From assembly GCA_937876355.1 (NCBI GenBank), contig CALFHN010000085.1, forward strand, positions 6,069 through 70,068: a DNA stretch of 64,000 nt, written 5' to 3'. The notes below the pieces were generated by a model. The model ran no database searches, was not told the origin of the DNA, and was given only the letters and a program-made list of their open reading frames with translations. A program made the translations under genes and the position numbers. Of this stretch, positions 10,051 to 21,361 are shown one piece after another (positions within the stretch are counted from its first letter, which is position 1; every line of letters begins with the position of its first letter). Origin of the DNA: an uncultured Bacteroidota bacterium (lineage in GTDB: Bacteria; Bacteroidota; Rhodothermia; Rhodothermales; UBA10348).

Positions 10051-12087
10051 ATGGTCAAGAATATGAAGTCTCGTGGATTGTACTCGCTCGTGTTGGCGAT
10101 TTGCCTTTTGGGTATTGCCGACGTTGCAATTGCGCAAGAAAAGTCAGTTCCAGAGTATCTAAAACAAGCTACGGGCAATGATTCCCGCTCCATTCGGCGT
10201 GATATCCCCCTTACTAATGCTATTCGCAAGGCGTACGAAGCCGGTACTCGGGACTTCTCAGGCGCTCCGGGAGTTAATTATTGGCAATTACAGACTGATT
10301 TCAATATTGAAGTGAGTCTAGATCCATCGACACAAAAATTGTCCGGTGCCGAAACCATCCTGGCTCATAACAACAGCAACGACGAATTAGACCAAATTTA
10401 TCTTCGACTAGATCACAACATCTTCAGGGGTTTGGTCCCGCGCGGCGGATCGGTTCCTGCAGAAAACACGGAAGGAATGGTCATTACTCGACTTCGGGTA
10501 GACGGTCGTGAAGTGGACCTGAACGCCAGAAGAGCGCAACCGCGTCGCGGACAAGCTGCGCCTGAGCCGACACTGAGCGCCTCTGGCCTAGATCAGACCC
10601 TGGCCATGATCACATTGGATCAGCCGGTTGCCCCAAACAGCACGGTTTCTCTCGACATCGAATGGAATACAAAACTTCCAGGCGGCCCCAATGGCCAAGC
10701 CCACCGCATGACCCAACGCTGGGAAAATGAGCTGTTTCAGCCTACCCAGTGGTTTCCGCGACTTGCCAAGTATGACGACCTACGCGGTTGGGACACCAAC
10801 GTATACCTAGGACCCGCCGAGTTCTATAACAATTTTGGACGGTACGATGTCAAAATCAACGTGCCGGGCGGATGGATCGTTAGCGGAACGGGTGTTCTTC
10901 AGAATCCGGAAGAAGTGCTTACCGAAAGTGCCCGCATGAATCTGGCCAAAGTCCTTGCCTCCGACGAGATTACGACCATTGTTGGACCGGATCAAGTAGG
11001 TCCTGGTCAGGCGACGGCGGAAGGAGAAAGTTTAACCTGGCATTTCAAAGCCGACAAAGTGAACGATTTTGCTTGGCTATCTGCACGCAAATTGGTCTGG
11101 ACGGCAACGAGAGCCAATATTCCGACCAAAGGATATATTCCTGTCAATATGTTGTATCTGCCAAGGAATGAGAATTTGTATGAAGGAGCCGCCGAGATTG
11201 CACGGCACGCGCTAGAATACTATTCGAGCCTTTGGGCCCCGTATCCCTTCCCGCAATTCACCATGCAAGATGGCCCAAGCGCCGGCATGGAATACCCCAT
11301 GGTTATCAACTCCAACCGGGGAGCAGCGGACCATGAAACGGCTCACCAATGGTGGCCCATGATGGTGGGTACCAACGAAACGTGGTACGGCTGGATGGAC
11401 GAAGGTTTTAACACCTACATGAACATCCTTTCCGCTGCAGATTCCAGGGGTGTGCCTGCCGATTTGAGTGGCCGGGGACAGAGTTACGGCCTCATTAGCG
11501 GCGATGAATCTGAGCCTACACTTATGTATGCGGCCAATTATGGCGGCGATTTGTACCGGTACCAGACCTACCAAAAAGCGCCACTAATGCTGGCCATGCT
11601 GGGCGGAATGGTTGGTGACGATGTGGTACAAGCTGCCATGAGCAAGTACACGCATGCTTGGGCGTTTAAGCACCCCTCTCCATGGGACTATGCTTTCTTT
11701 ATGAGCAATGAGCTCAAAATGGACCTCGGATGGTTTTGGAATTATTGGCTGTTTACCACAGAGTCGGTTGATGGCTCAATTAAAGAGGTCTCACCCACTC
11801 CCAACGGACTCAAAGTAGTGATCCGCCAGGACGGTCAAATGCCATCTCCGGTTGTATTAAAGGTTGAATTTGAAGAAGGAGGACCGTTTAGCCCGTCCAT
11901 GGGGAACGCGGTTATGGTCGACGATAAAACGGTTATCGTGACGTGGCCTGTCGATGTGTGGTTTGGGGGATCGAAATCGTTTGAAGCCGAATTAGCTTTC
12001 GGAAAACGAGCCATATCGAAAATCACCCTTGACCCAGAAGGCCGTTTCCCAGACAGGAATCCAGCAGATAACGTTTGGAAGAAGTAA
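10051..12087 (+). CDS. secreted M1-family zinc metallopeptidase (aminopeptidase N-like)
   Basis: 678 aa with a signal peptide. The gluzincin motif HETAHQWW followed by WMDEGF gives HExxH plus a downstream Glu. Confidence 0.8.
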   Translation: MVKNMKSRGLYSLVLAICLLGIADVAIAQEKSVPEYLKQATGNDSRSIRRDIPLTNAIRKAYEAGTRDFSGAPGVNYWQLQTDFNIEVSLDPSTQKLSGAETILAHNNSNDELDQIYLRLDHNIFRGLVPRGGSVPAENTEGMVITRLRVDGREVDLNARRAQPRRGQAAPEPTLSASGLDQTLAMITLDQPVAPNSTVSLDIEWNTKLPGGPNGQAHRMTQRWENELFQPTQWFPRLAKYDDLRGWDTNVYLGPAEFYNNFGRYDVKINVPGGWIVSGTGVLQNPEEVLTESARMNLAKVLASDEITTIVGPDQVGPGQATAEGESLTWHFKADKVNDFAWLSARKLVWTATRANIPTKGYIPVNMLYLPRNENLYEGAAEIARHALEYYSSLWAPYPFPQFTMQDGPSAGMEYPMVINSNRGAADHETAHQWWPMMVGTNETWYGWMDEGFNTYMNILSAADSRGVPADLSGRGQSYGLISGDESEPTLMYAANYGGDLYRYQTYQKAPLMLAMLGGMVGDDVVQAAMSKYTHAWAFKHPSPWDYAFFMSNELKMDLGWFWNYWLFTTESVDGSIKEVSPTPNGLKVVIRQDGQMPSPVVLKVEFEEGGPFSPSMGNAVMVDDKTVIVTWPVDVWFGGSKSFEAELAFGKRAISKITLDPEGRFPDRNPADNVWKK

Positions 12088-12316
12088 GCACCTCAACGTT
12101 TTGGCGATAGTGCCAGTTCGTGTAAAGTGTTGATATGTTATTGATACACAGGGTATTTGCGACTTGTTTTAAAGATTCTCAAATGGTAACCTGAGTTCCG
12201 CTTTCGAACGGAATAGGTCAAGACGTCTTTTCGGTCCCATTCTGACAATCGGAAATGATGTTAGTATCCCGTTTCGTCCCCACCGAAGCAGTATAGACTC
12301 TGGTACCAGTTCAGAC

Positions 12317-14494
12317 TTGAATTCTAAGTCGACAATACTACTTACTTTATTTTGCGCCGTTTTAGCAACGGACGTAACGGCACAGACTGCCTTCGAACAG
12401 GCAGTAGTAGGCGTCGGCAACATTGGAGTAACCGTCACGAACGTTGGATTTGTAGGCCGCGCCAATATCCGGAATAATCCGACTGGACCGCCTTCGTTTG
12501 AATACCCACTCGATTCGGGGGTAGAGCACCTTTTTGAATCAGGGTTATGGATTGGAGCCTTACGATTTGATGGAGTGACTTCCGTTCGCACCGGAGCTGT
12601 GGCATCCTCTGGAGGATATTCGCCCGGAGGCGGTGGGTACGAGTTTGCCCCGCTTTCCTCTATACTGCAACGAAGTACATTACCGACCTCAGAAGCGTTT
12701 ACCAGACAGGCCATAAGCCATTTAGACTATTTGTCTGCGTTTACGGACACGTCGGCCGTATTGCCCGGAACATCGATTCAGATGCCCGACGCGGCTGGTA
12801 GACTCGGGATGAAAGTTGTTTCGGAGTTTTACGCGTGGAATTTCCCGTTTACTGAAGCATTCGTAATCGCGAATTATGACATCATCAATATCTCATCCCA
12901 GCCATGGGATTCGGTATATGTTGGTATGTACCATGACATTGTGACGAGAAACGTAAACACGACTAACGAATCGGGTGGTGCGTTTTTTAATAAGGGCGGG
13001 TACGGATTTATTGACAGCCTTCAGACATCATATGGTTTCAATGCAGGGGGCCCCGAAGAAACACTCAACACGTACGGCGGAGTGGCATTTTTAGGTGCAG
13101 AATGGGTTGATCCGCGCACTAGTCGAAAAAGATTTTTTCATCCGAATGTAGCACAAGAATACATTTCAGATGGTTACGCGCCACCCAGAGTCAATCCTCG
13201 TTGGTGGCTGTTCAGTGGCGGAGTAGACGAGGAATCAGTTCCAAATAACGATGCTGCCAGATACCGCAGAATGGGCGAACCGTATCCAAATCTGGCGCAA
13301 TTCTCCTCAGAATCTGCCTTTTTGGAAGCGAATGACGCGTGGTTTCAGCGATTAAAAACAGATGGTCAAAGCGCAACTGGAAACTGGATTGGCCTGACCC
13401 CGATCGGCCCATTCCCAAGCGTCAACCCTGGTGATACATTAAGAGTGACATTTGCCTTGGTTGCCGGTCTCAAAACGGAAGAGTTCCAGGGACAATCTGG
13501 CAAAGCGATTGATACTGCTGAGTCAAGATCCATATTTGCCAGCAATATCCTGTGGGCTCGACGCACCTATTCCGGCGAAGACAATAATTTCAATGGCCAT
13601 TTAGACTTAGGTGAAGACATAAATAACAACGGGGTTCTAGATAGATACCTCATTCCTGAACCTCCTGCGTCACCGACGGTGCGAGTTGAATTTGAGCGAC
13701 CCGTCAGCTCGAATAACAATGAAACGGTTGTCGCGCTGTATTGGGATAAATCTTCTGAACTTTCTAAGGATCCAGTTACTGGAAAGTTGGATTTTGAGGG
13801 CTATCGAGTTTATCGAAGTAATCCCGGCGACGACAAAGGCGGCGACATTTTGAATCGTGCAACGTTACTTGCGCAATACGACAAACCTGGAAATCAAACC
13901 GGGTTCAACAACGGATTCGATAGAATCCAGATGAATGAGGCTCGCTTTTTTGCCGGCGATACAACTGCGTATTGGTACCGACTTGAAGCTAAAAGTTTAA
14001 AATTGGGATGGCAGTACCTGTTTTCAGTGACGGCCATCGATGAAGGAGATCCATTAGCTGGCTTAGAATCATTTGAGTCCTCTCGTGTAGCCAATTCTAT
14101 CCGAGTATTTCCGGGGACCCCTGCGGATGAAGATGGTTCGTTTGAAGTTGGAGTGTACCCGAATCCGTACCGCGTCAATGCCGCATGGGATGGAGAAACG
14201 TCACGAACCAGAAAACTCAATTTTTACAATTTGCCGGCCGATTCCGAAATTCGAATTTATACGCTCGCCGGAGAAATTGTGACCACGCTGAAACATGACA
14301 GCGCCACGTACTCTGGGGACACGCGCTGGTACAACGATTTCAGTGCGGAAAATCGCATACAGTCTGGCGGAGAACACTCATGGGACTTGCTCTCGGACAG
14401 TGGCCTTAGCATTTCCGGCGGCTTATATCTATTTACTGTAAAAGACTTTAACTCGGGTGATGTACAACGTGGCAAGTTTGTCATCATCAAATAA
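12317..14494 (+). CDS. secreted hypothetical protein with a C-terminal T9SS/FlgD-Ig-like beta-sandwich
   Basis: 725 aa with a TTG start and a signal peptide (LFCAVLATDVTAQ). It has a Ca-binding-like DNNFNGHLDLGEDINNNGVLD segment. The C-terminus (GVYPNPYRVNAAW...IRIYTLAGEIV...GGLYLFTVKD...GKFVIIK) resembles a sorting or Ig-like domain. Confidence 0.55.
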   Translation: MNSKSTILLTLFCAVLATDVTAQTAFEQAVVGVGNIGVTVTNVGFVGRANIRNNPTGPPSFEYPLDSGVEHLFESGLWIGALRFDGVTSVRTGAVASSGGYSPGGGGYEFAPLSSILQRSTLPTSEAFTRQAISHLDYLSAFTDTSAVLPGTSIQMPDAAGRLGMKVVSEFYAWNFPFTEAFVIANYDIINISSQPWDSVYVGMYHDIVTRNVNTTNESGGAFFNKGGYGFIDSLQTSYGFNAGGPEETLNTYGGVAFLGAEWVDPRTSRKRFFHPNVAQEYISDGYAPPRVNPRWWLFSGGVDEESVPNNDAARYRRMGEPYPNLAQFSSESAFLEANDAWFQRLKTDGQSATGNWIGLTPIGPFPSVNPGDTLRVTFALVAGLKTEEFQGQSGKAIDTAESRSIFASNILWARRTYSGEDNNFNGHLDLGEDINNNGVLDRYLIPEPPASPTVRVEFERPVSSNNNETVVALYWDKSSELSKDPVTGKLDFEGYRVYRSNPGDDKGGDILNRATLLAQYDKPGNQTGFNNGFDRIQMNEARFFAGDTTAYWYRLEAKSLKLGWQYLFSVTAIDEGDPLAGLESFESSRVANSIRVFPGTPADEDGSFEVGVYPNPYRVNAAWDGETSRTRKLNFYNLPADSEIRIYTLAGEIVTTLKHDSATYSGDTRWYNDFSAENRIQSGGEHSWDLLSDSGLSISGGLYLFTVKDFNSGDVQRGKFVIIK

Positions 14495-14521
14495 CAATTC
14501 CACAAACACCAAAGGTAAAAA

Positions 14522-16744
14522 ATGTTAAAAAAAGCTACTACGATGCTGGCGCTACTTATCGTGCCGCTTCTGGTGGGTAATGCTGTTGCCCAACAAAGTG
14601 TTACGATTCGTCAGATCAACACGATCCCACAAGGCCAGATCGACCAACTGATGGCCGCTGGAGCCACCCTCACAACAGGCGCTGTTTACGGTGGCTCTTG
14701 TGCAGGACTTCTATACGACAACACCTTGTGTGGCCAAGTTGTAAAAATTACAGCTGTGGTCCTTTCTGATCCCTTAAATTCTGGGTTGTCGTCCCCTAAT
14801 AGCACAACTGGATTGCCAAGCCGAGTCCACGTATTTGTTCGCGACGTAGCGGCAGATACAGAAGGCCCAGAAGGTCATGGAATCCAGATCGTTGACGGTA
14901 GTAATCTTGGTGTCCAGACCCTTATTCGTGGCGACGTCATTGAGGTCACGGGGCAGATTACCAATTTTAATTCTACGATTCAGTTTGCTCCGACATCGTT
15001 TACGGTCGTTGGAACTCGAAATACAGCAACCGATCCCATTTTTAATCCGATTGTGATCACCTCTGCGGATGCCAATCAAAAAATCGGCCCCGATGGAGCT
15101 ATCCAGGTCAATTGGGCCAAAGTGGCTGATTTACGCGGGAATTATGTTAAAATTGTAGGTGGTACAGTTTTGACCAGAACGGTTGACAACTCTAGCCGTC
15201 CTGATTTTAATGTATCCAGCGACGGCGGAATGACATCGATTAGTAAGTACGATACTTCGCTAAGATTCAGAAATGACCGTGCGAATACCTATCCAGGTTA
15301 CAACCCTCGCGCGTCAAACGACCCTTTTGTCCCGCCACCAGCAGGAGCTAGAGTCGACTTGTCCGGATTTATGACATTACCTGGTGGTTCTGGATCTGAC
15401 CCATACTCGTTGGGCGTACCAAATGGCCTAGTCTATGCCATCAACCCGATGGCCGATTCTGACCTGATTATTACGGAATCTCCACCTGCGATTTCTGGCC
15501 TGACCCGTCCTGAAGGCGTCCCCGGTGCAGGACCCGTAACAATTACAGCAAGTGTTGTTGCTGATCCTACCCGTACAATCGCTTCTGCTTCGCTTGTTTA
15601 CTTCACCACGAGCAACGCTACGGAAACGGCCGTGGCATTCTCTGGAGTTACAGACAACGTATATACTTTTACAATTCCCGGCGTAACCAACGGTGATTTT
15701 ATCACTTACTGGATCCGTGCGACGGATAATTTAAACTCCGTTTCTGAATCTGCCCGAAACCCGCTTCGGTCCCTCCAAAACGGAATCACGTCGATTTCTC
15801 ATATTCAGCAAACCCCCGATGGCAAGCAGGGTAATTCTCCCTTCTTCAATATGACGGTTGATATGAACATCACTGCGACTGTTCAATTCGCCGACGGAGA
15901 CACCGACAACTTGGTTCTTCAGGACGACTTCACAACCGGTCCATGGTCTGGAATTATCATTGAACGTCCGAACTCAGGGTCAGGCCTTCAACCGCTAAAT
16001 CAAGGCGACGTTATAAATATTACACGTGGTCGTATTTTTGAAGATTTCGGTTTGACCCAGATCGATGACAATGGCATCGTTTTCACGGTTGTATCTACAG
16101 GTGGTTTTAGCATCCCAGCAAAAGTCATTACCACAACTGTGTTGGCGGATGTAGATCTGGCGGAAGCTTTTGAAGGCATGTTGTTAGAGATCGATAACCC
16201 TCTAATTGTATCGACCAACGCGGACGCCCCAAGCGGTCCATATGGTGAGTTTTTGATCTCGTCTGATGGCACTGTGGCAAATGCACTTCGCGTGGATGAT
16301 GTGTCTACAGGTCTTTCTTACACAGGCGGTGACCCCGGATCTGTCTTTGCTGTAGGACAACGTCTTGATTTCGTTCGAGGAGTACTCTGGTACTCCTTCA
16401 GCAATTTCAAACTAGGCCCTGCTTCCTTTAGTGATATTGGTGGTGTAATCAACACGGCTACTGAAGACGATAGCGTTCCTGCTCGGTTTACGCTTGAGCA
16501 AAACTATCCAAACCCGTTCAACCCTTCCACTCAGATCTCGTTTGACATTGCCACAACAGGCCATGTCCAATTAGACGTTTTTGATGTGATGGGAAGACAA
16601 GTAGCTACGCTCGTGAACAACACCGTTCCCGTTGGTTCGCATGTAGTTACGTTTGACGCTCGGAATCTCTCGAGCGGCGTGTACATCTACCGGATGACGT
16701 CTGGTGCTTCCATTCAGACAAAACGCATGCTTCTGATGAAGTAG
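14522..16744 (+). CDS. T9SS-sorted surface protein with repeated OB-like modules resembling the N-terminal region of ExeM/NucH extracellular nucleases
   Basis: 740 aa with a signal peptide. The C-terminus (LEQNYPNPFNPSTQISF...LDVFDVMGRQVATL...GVYIYRM) is a type A T9SS sorting domain. Segments such as ISHIQQTPDGKQGNSPFFNMTV...GDVINITRGRIFEDFGLTQI resemble the nuclease N-terminal modules. I judged this resemblance by eye. Confidence 0.6.
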   Translation: MLKKATTMLALLIVPLLVGNAVAQQSVTIRQINTIPQGQIDQLMAAGATLTTGAVYGGSCAGLLYDNTLCGQVVKITAVVLSDPLNSGLSSPNSTTGLPSRVHVFVRDVAADTEGPEGHGIQIVDGSNLGVQTLIRGDVIEVTGQITNFNSTIQFAPTSFTVVGTRNTATDPIFNPIVITSADANQKIGPDGAIQVNWAKVADLRGNYVKIVGGTVLTRTVDNSSRPDFNVSSDGGMTSISKYDTSLRFRNDRANTYPGYNPRASNDPFVPPPAGARVDLSGFMTLPGGSGSDPYSLGVPNGLVYAINPMADSDLIITESPPAISGLTRPEGVPGAGPVTITASVVADPTRTIASASLVYFTTSNATETAVAFSGVTDNVYTFTIPGVTNGDFITYWIRATDNLNSVSESARNPLRSLQNGITSISHIQQTPDGKQGNSPFFNMTVDMNITATVQFADGDTDNLVLQDDFTTGPWSGIIIERPNSGSGLQPLNQGDVINITRGRIFEDFGLTQIDDNGIVFTVVSTGGFSIPAKVITTTVLADVDLAEAFEGMLLEIDNPLIVSTNADAPSGPYGEFLISSDGTVANALRVDDVSTGLSYTGGDPGSVFAVGQRLDFVRGVLWYSFSNFKLGPASFSDIGGVINTATEDDSVPARFTLEQNYPNPFNPSTQISFDIATTGHVQLDVFDVMGRQVATLVNNTVPVGSHVVTFDARNLSSGVYIYRMTSGASIQTKRMLLMK

Positions 16745-16763
16745 GTGTTTCATTTTCTGGCTT

Positions 16764-16794
16764 GTTGTGGGCGCGCCGCAGGCGCGCCCACAAC
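16764..16794 (+). terminator. GC-rich perfect hairpin (14-bp stem, 3-nt loop) after the T9SS protein gene
   Basis: gttgtgggcgcgcc gca ggcgcgcccacaac. No T-tract follows, so a terminator function is uncertain. Confidence 0.4.
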
Positions 16795-16847
16795 ACCCCG
16801 GATTTGATTTTTTGAATTTCCCCAAACTCATATCCTTTCGAATTTCG

Positions 16848-18449
16848 ATGGTGGCACTCGCTGCCTTGGGACTCATTGCGTTCGGATGCGACTCATCTCT
16901 CAGCGGATCGGCCTTCGAAAACCAGCCACCTGAAACACAATTAAGTGTTCAAGACGAATCATTGCTGGACAACCTAGATGAAGAAAACAGACTCACTTCG
17001 ACGGTACAAGTATCTTGGTCGGGAGACGACTCCGATGGTTTTGTACAGGGGTATGAAGTTCGCTTTTTCGACCGAAATGAGAGTGGCGACGGCGTAGCTT
17101 GGAGTTATACAGAGCGGACTGACTCGTTATTTTTGCTCCCAATTCGTCCCGGTCAAAAAACGTCAGATGTAGTCTTCGAGGCCCGATCAATTGATAACGA
17201 CGGCGCCGTAGACCCAACCCCAGCATCAACCATTTTCCCAGTCCAAAACAGTCCTCCACAGATCAGATTCAGCCAATTCGACTTGCCTCCTGATACAACG
17301 TTTAATGTTGTTTCCTTTGGGTGGACAGCCTCTGACCCGGATGGCAATCATAATCTATCCCGAATTGACATCAGTTTTAATGATTCCAGCAATTTTGTAG
17401 CACTACCCGTTGATGTAGATTTTGCCACGTTTGTGGCCGAAACAACCCCGCCAGGCTCAACTGGCCAAACTGAGGCCAGGGTCTTCCTGGGACGCGGTTT
17501 TGCATCCTCCTCGATTCGTGTTCCGGGCTTAAAGGTTAATTCGGAAAACATCATCTATATGAGGTCCGTCGACCAAACAGATACGACAAGTACTCGAATC
17601 GAGTTTTCGTGGTTTGTCAAAGCTAAAACTGCTGACGTTCTCTACGTCGACGACTATCGTCGCTCAACTCATACACAGATTGCGGACTTCCACCTTTCCC
17701 TATTGAAAGAGTACCTCCCGGTCAATACCCCGGTCGACATATGGAATATTACCACTCCTTTTGCAACGGGAAGCTCCGGCAACACGCCTCGGTCTAACTT
17801 GTTGCCTCCCAACGCCCAACCGACTCTTAGGCAGTTTTTGGCCGGCTATAAATATATGTATTGGGTTGCGTCAAACAGCACAGACCGAATCGATGGTAAC
17901 AACCTACCGTTTGCCTCTCAAGTGATGGACCTCTTCTTTTCAAACGGCGGAAAACTGATGGTGCATACACCAATTGGCATTCCACCTGATCCAAGTCAAA
18001 TTTTGGATAATGCGGCGGCGGTTTTGATGCCCCTAACCACCATGATTGCTTTCCCAGACAGTTTGAGACCATCACTGCGTATGTCCACGGGCACACGAAT
18101 CACGTCCAATGGCATTACGCTGCCTTCAACAAGTCAGGCCTTGCCTGAATTGAAGTCTAATGCCTTCCTGACCAACACATTGCCGTACGTGGTATCGAGT
18201 TCCAATATTATTCCGCTTTATAGCGTTGACTACACCTATGTCACGAGGCTCGGCGGGCGCCAAGGGGCTTGGACAGGATCTTCTGTGGTTGCTTCCATCT
18301 CTTCAGATCAGCGCATCGGACTCTTTACGCTCCCATTGATAAATGACCAAACCAGCGCGTCTCTGCTTATTGGAGCAACGGGTTCGACGGAAGCGCCGAA
18401 GTTGGCCTTGAAACTGATTCTTGAAAGTTTAGGATTTCCCAAACGATGA
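16848..18449 (+). CDS. hypothetical lipoprotein
   Basis: ORF 16767..18449. I prefer the ATG at 16848, which gives MVALAALGLIAFGCDSS (lipobox). The stop overlaps the start of the TonB receptor gene (ATGA). Confidence 0.6.
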   Translation: MVALAALGLIAFGCDSSLSGSAFENQPPETQLSVQDESLLDNLDEENRLTSTVQVSWSGDDSDGFVQGYEVRFFDRNESGDGVAWSYTERTDSLFLLPIRPGQKTSDVVFEARSIDNDGAVDPTPASTIFPVQNSPPQIRFSQFDLPPDTTFNVVSFGWTASDPDGNHNLSRIDISFNDSSNFVALPVDVDFATFVAETTPPGSTGQTEARVFLGRGFASSSIRVPGLKVNSENIIYMRSVDQTDTTSTRIEFSWFVKAKTADVLYVDDYRRSTHTQIADFHLSLLKEYLPVNTPVDIWNITTPFATGSSGNTPRSNLLPPNAQPTLRQFLAGYKYMYWVASNSTDRIDGNNLPFASQVMDLFFSNGGKLMVHTPIGIPPDPSQILDNAAAVLMPLTTMIAFPDSLRPSLRMSTGTRITSNGITLPSTSQALPELKSNAFLTNTLPYVVSSSNIIPLYSVDYTYVTRLGGRQGAWTGSSVVASISSDQRIGLFTLPLINDQTSASLLIGATGSTEAPKLALKLILESLGFPKR

Positions 18450-21361
18450 AACGTAGCGCCTTTCCATATTGCCTCGTTTTGTTATTACTGATCTTGGGGT
18501 CGGTTCAGGCTGCTATGGGCCAGGGCGTACTTTCTGGGAAAATTATTGATGCTGGAAATAAGGAGCCCCTTATTGGAGTGAACGTTTTAATAATGGGAAC
18601 CACGCTTGGCGGTTCTACGGATTTAGACGGAAAATTCAGTGTCCTGAATGTGAGGGCAGGAGAGTATTCAATTCGAATCTCATACATCGGTTTTGAGACG
18701 AAAATGTATACCGGTATCGTTATCACTGACAATGAAACAACAACTCTAAACATTGATTTAGCAGAGGCAATCCTTTCTACCAGCGATGAAATTGTGGTTG
18801 TGGGGGATCGGCCCATCGTGGATGTAGAAAGCTCCTCTTCCACTAAAACAATCTCACAAGAACAGATTCAATCGGCCCCCTTGAGGGATATTCAACAGGT
18901 TGTAGCTACTCAAGTGGGCGTCGTTCGAGACCCAACTGGATTATACATCCGCGGCGGACGGGCCGACGAAACTGGATTTCTGGTCGATGGCGTTTCAGCC
19001 AAAGATCCGTTGGCCGGTACGGGTTTCGGGCTCGATATCGGATCAAACTCGTTCAGCAACATTGAAGTAACAACGGGCGGGGTAGGCGCTGAATATGGAG
19101 ACGTAACGTCCGGTGTAGTTTCGGTAACAACTCAAGACGGCACCGATACTTTCATGGGGTTTTTGTCCCATAAGCGCGATAATTTTGGATTTAACAGTGA
19201 TGCGGCTTCTAACTTTGCTGAAGATGTCTGGGAGGCCAATTTTAGTGGTCCGATCATTCGACAAAAACTTCGATTTTTCATGTCGGGACAGGTTCAGCTT
19301 TCGGATGGGTTTACCCGTTTGATCGCCACTCCAGACCAAGTCCGATCGTCGTTAGTTGACGGAACGTTTTTTTTGCCGCGCACGGGGAATAGATGGAGTG
19401 GGATATCGAAGCTGACTTACGATCTGAATCCTGGAATGAAACTTCAGGGATCGTATCAACGCAGTTTGACTGTCAATCAAAATACCCGAATGTTGCAGGT
19501 GACGGGCAATGAATCCATCATCAGCCCAGGCTTCCAGTACGCATTTGTATTGCAGCCCGATAATGCCACGACCTACGCCCATGATAACATCATTTCATAT
19601 CTCAAGTGGTCTCATGTTCTGAACAACCGCTCCTTTTACAGCGTTCAATTCAGCCGTCTATTTACCAAACTTCGAGCGGATGCCAACGGCAGAGATTGGC
19701 GACCTACAAATGTGAGCACGGAACTGGACCCGTCTAGCATTGTCACCTTCCCCGCTACTTTGTTTGTTGATGCAAGTGGCCAGCCCATCGATCCGAATGC
19801 CTTATTTGTGCTTCCAGGACCAGGGTTAGTCAACAACGGTGGAATTGCAACTCGATTTCACGATCACTTTGCCGAAGAATATACCCTCCACGCATCCTAT
19901 ACCCGGTTTTCTAGGGATTTAAATAACCGAACCACTCTTGGCTTAGAAACAAAATTCAACGACTACCAATGGATAGACGTGATTCGGCCGTGGGTAGGGG
20001 CTCCGATTGGAACGGACGATGGAACGAGCACAAACCGGCTTGGCCAAAGCTCCGATATTTGGAGGGTCAAGCCTCGTAGAGGTGCCCTATACGGCACGCA
20101 TCAAATACGGTATCGTGGCCTAATTGCCAATCTTGGTGCTCGATTTGAGTACTGGTCACCGGGCAAGTACGTGGACGATTTAATTGACGATCCGCTCGCT
20201 CCAATTCTAGATGGCGTGCGCAAGAATTACAAGGACCATACCATTCCGTTGTTTGGGTTGAGGACTAAATTTCGAATGTTACCCAAGATCCGCGTATCCT
20301 TCCCGATCACTGAAAATCGGGTCATGTTTTTCAATTACGGACACGCTACAAAGTTACCTCACCCAACATTTGTTTATACCGGGTTAGATCCATTTTTCCA
20401 GGATCGTTCGTTCTTTTCTGATCTCGGAAATCCTGATATTTCCCCCGAAGTTGACATTTCTTATGAGTTGGGGCTAAGAACGCAGTTTTCACAGAACGAT
20501 GCATTAAACGTAACTGTGTTTTGGCGTGACAAGTTTGATTTTATCACGGTTCAAAATGTGGTCGTTCCAGATCCAACCGGACGCGAAGTCTCAAGAGCGT
20601 TTCGGGTGAATGGGGATTTTGCCCGGGTTAGAGGAATTGAAGTTAGCTACTTGAAGCGGGTTGGAGATTGGTTCTCAGGACAAATTTCGGGTTCGTTCTC
20701 AAAAGCAACGGGACTTTCCTCTACGAACAACGATGCATTGTCTGACTTCCTGGCCAACGGAGATATTGACAATACGTTTGAAACCCCTCTCGCCTGGGAC
20801 CGTCCTTTCGATCTGAAAACAAGCCTGACCTTTAAATACGACAAGGAAAAACCACTTTGGGGCATTCGTGGCTTAAACCACCTTTCTCTGTTTTTATCCT
20901 CAACTATCCAAAGCGGACAGCGATACACACCCGTCGAGTTCAAGGGTAACGAAGTCAATCCGTTTACTGGCGCTCAGGATTGGCGACCTGTTTATGAAGC
21001 CGTTTCAGATCCTGCAAAGCGGTTTTCAGAAATTGGAGCTACGTGGTGGTGGATTGACTTAAGCTTGCAAAAAAACGTCGCTCTCTTTTCGACCAATGTC
21101 AGATTCACCCTGGAAATCACCAACCTTCTTAACCAGGAAAACAGCGTTATTATAAACCCAGTGACGGGCGATGCCTATCCCAACGTGAATGCGGCAACTA
21201 CGGACTTTACGACTCTTCGCGGGAATTCAAATTTTGATGTGACCACGGGTGTGCGCGACCCTCGATACGAGGATCCCAATTCATCGGGTAGCCCTCCGTT
21301 TAATCCTGCGCGTTTCCTACCAGGTCGTCATATCGTATTGGGGGTTTCATTCAACTTCTAA
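18446..21361 (+). CDS. TonB-dependent receptor with an N-terminal carboxypeptidase-regulatory-like domain
   Basis: 971 aa. GKIIDAGNKEPLIGVNVLIMGTTLGGSTDLDGKFSV is CarboxypepD_reg-like. The plug region reads IVVVGDRP...LYIRGGRADETGFLVDGV. A long beta-rich barrel ends in …GVSFNF. Confidence 0.85.
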   Translation: MKRSAFPYCLVLLLLILGSVQAAMGQGVLSGKIIDAGNKEPLIGVNVLIMGTTLGGSTDLDGKFSVLNVRAGEYSIRISYIGFETKMYTGIVITDNETTTLNIDLAEAILSTSDEIVVVGDRPIVDVESSSSTKTISQEQIQSAPLRDIQQVVATQVGVVRDPTGLYIRGGRADETGFLVDGVSAKDPLAGTGFGLDIGSNSFSNIEVTTGGVGAEYGDVTSGVVSVTTQDGTDTFMGFLSHKRDNFGFNSDAASNFAEDVWEANFSGPIIRQKLRFFMSGQVQLSDGFTRLIATPDQVRSSLVDGTFFLPRTGNRWSGISKLTYDLNPGMKLQGSYQRSLTVNQNTRMLQVTGNESIISPGFQYAFVLQPDNATTYAHDNIISYLKWSHVLNNRSFYSVQFSRLFTKLRADANGRDWRPTNVSTELDPSSIVTFPATLFVDASGQPIDPNALFVLPGPGLVNNGGIATRFHDHFAEEYTLHASYTRFSRDLNNRTTLGLETKFNDYQWIDVIRPWVGAPIGTDDGTSTNRLGQSSDIWRVKPRRGALYGTHQIRYRGLIANLGARFEYWSPGKYVDDLIDDPLAPILDGVRKNYKDHTIPLFGLRTKFRMLPKIRVSFPITENRVMFFNYGHATKLPHPTFVYTGLDPFFQDRSFFSDLGNPDISPEVDISYELGLRTQFSQNDALNVTVFWRDKFDFITVQNVVVPDPTGREVSRAFRVNGDFARVRGIEVSYLKRVGDWFSGQISGSFSKATGLSSTNNDALSDFLANGDIDNTFETPLAWDRPFDLKTSLTFKYDKEKPLWGIRGLNHLSLFLSSTIQSGQRYTPVEFKGNEVNPFTGAQDWRPVYEAVSDPAKRFSEIGATWWWIDLSLQKNVALFSTNVRFTLEITNLLNQENSVIINPVTGDAYPNVNAATTDFTTLRGNSNFDVTTGVRDPRYEDPNSSGSPPFNPARFLPGRHIVLGVSFNF

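Noticed and set aside
12169-12714. 181-aa minus-strand ORF spanning the start of the 12317 gene.
   Set aside because: It overlaps a well-supported signal-peptide-bearing gene on the other strand. The sequence is Pro/Ser-rich and has no start context or homology features.
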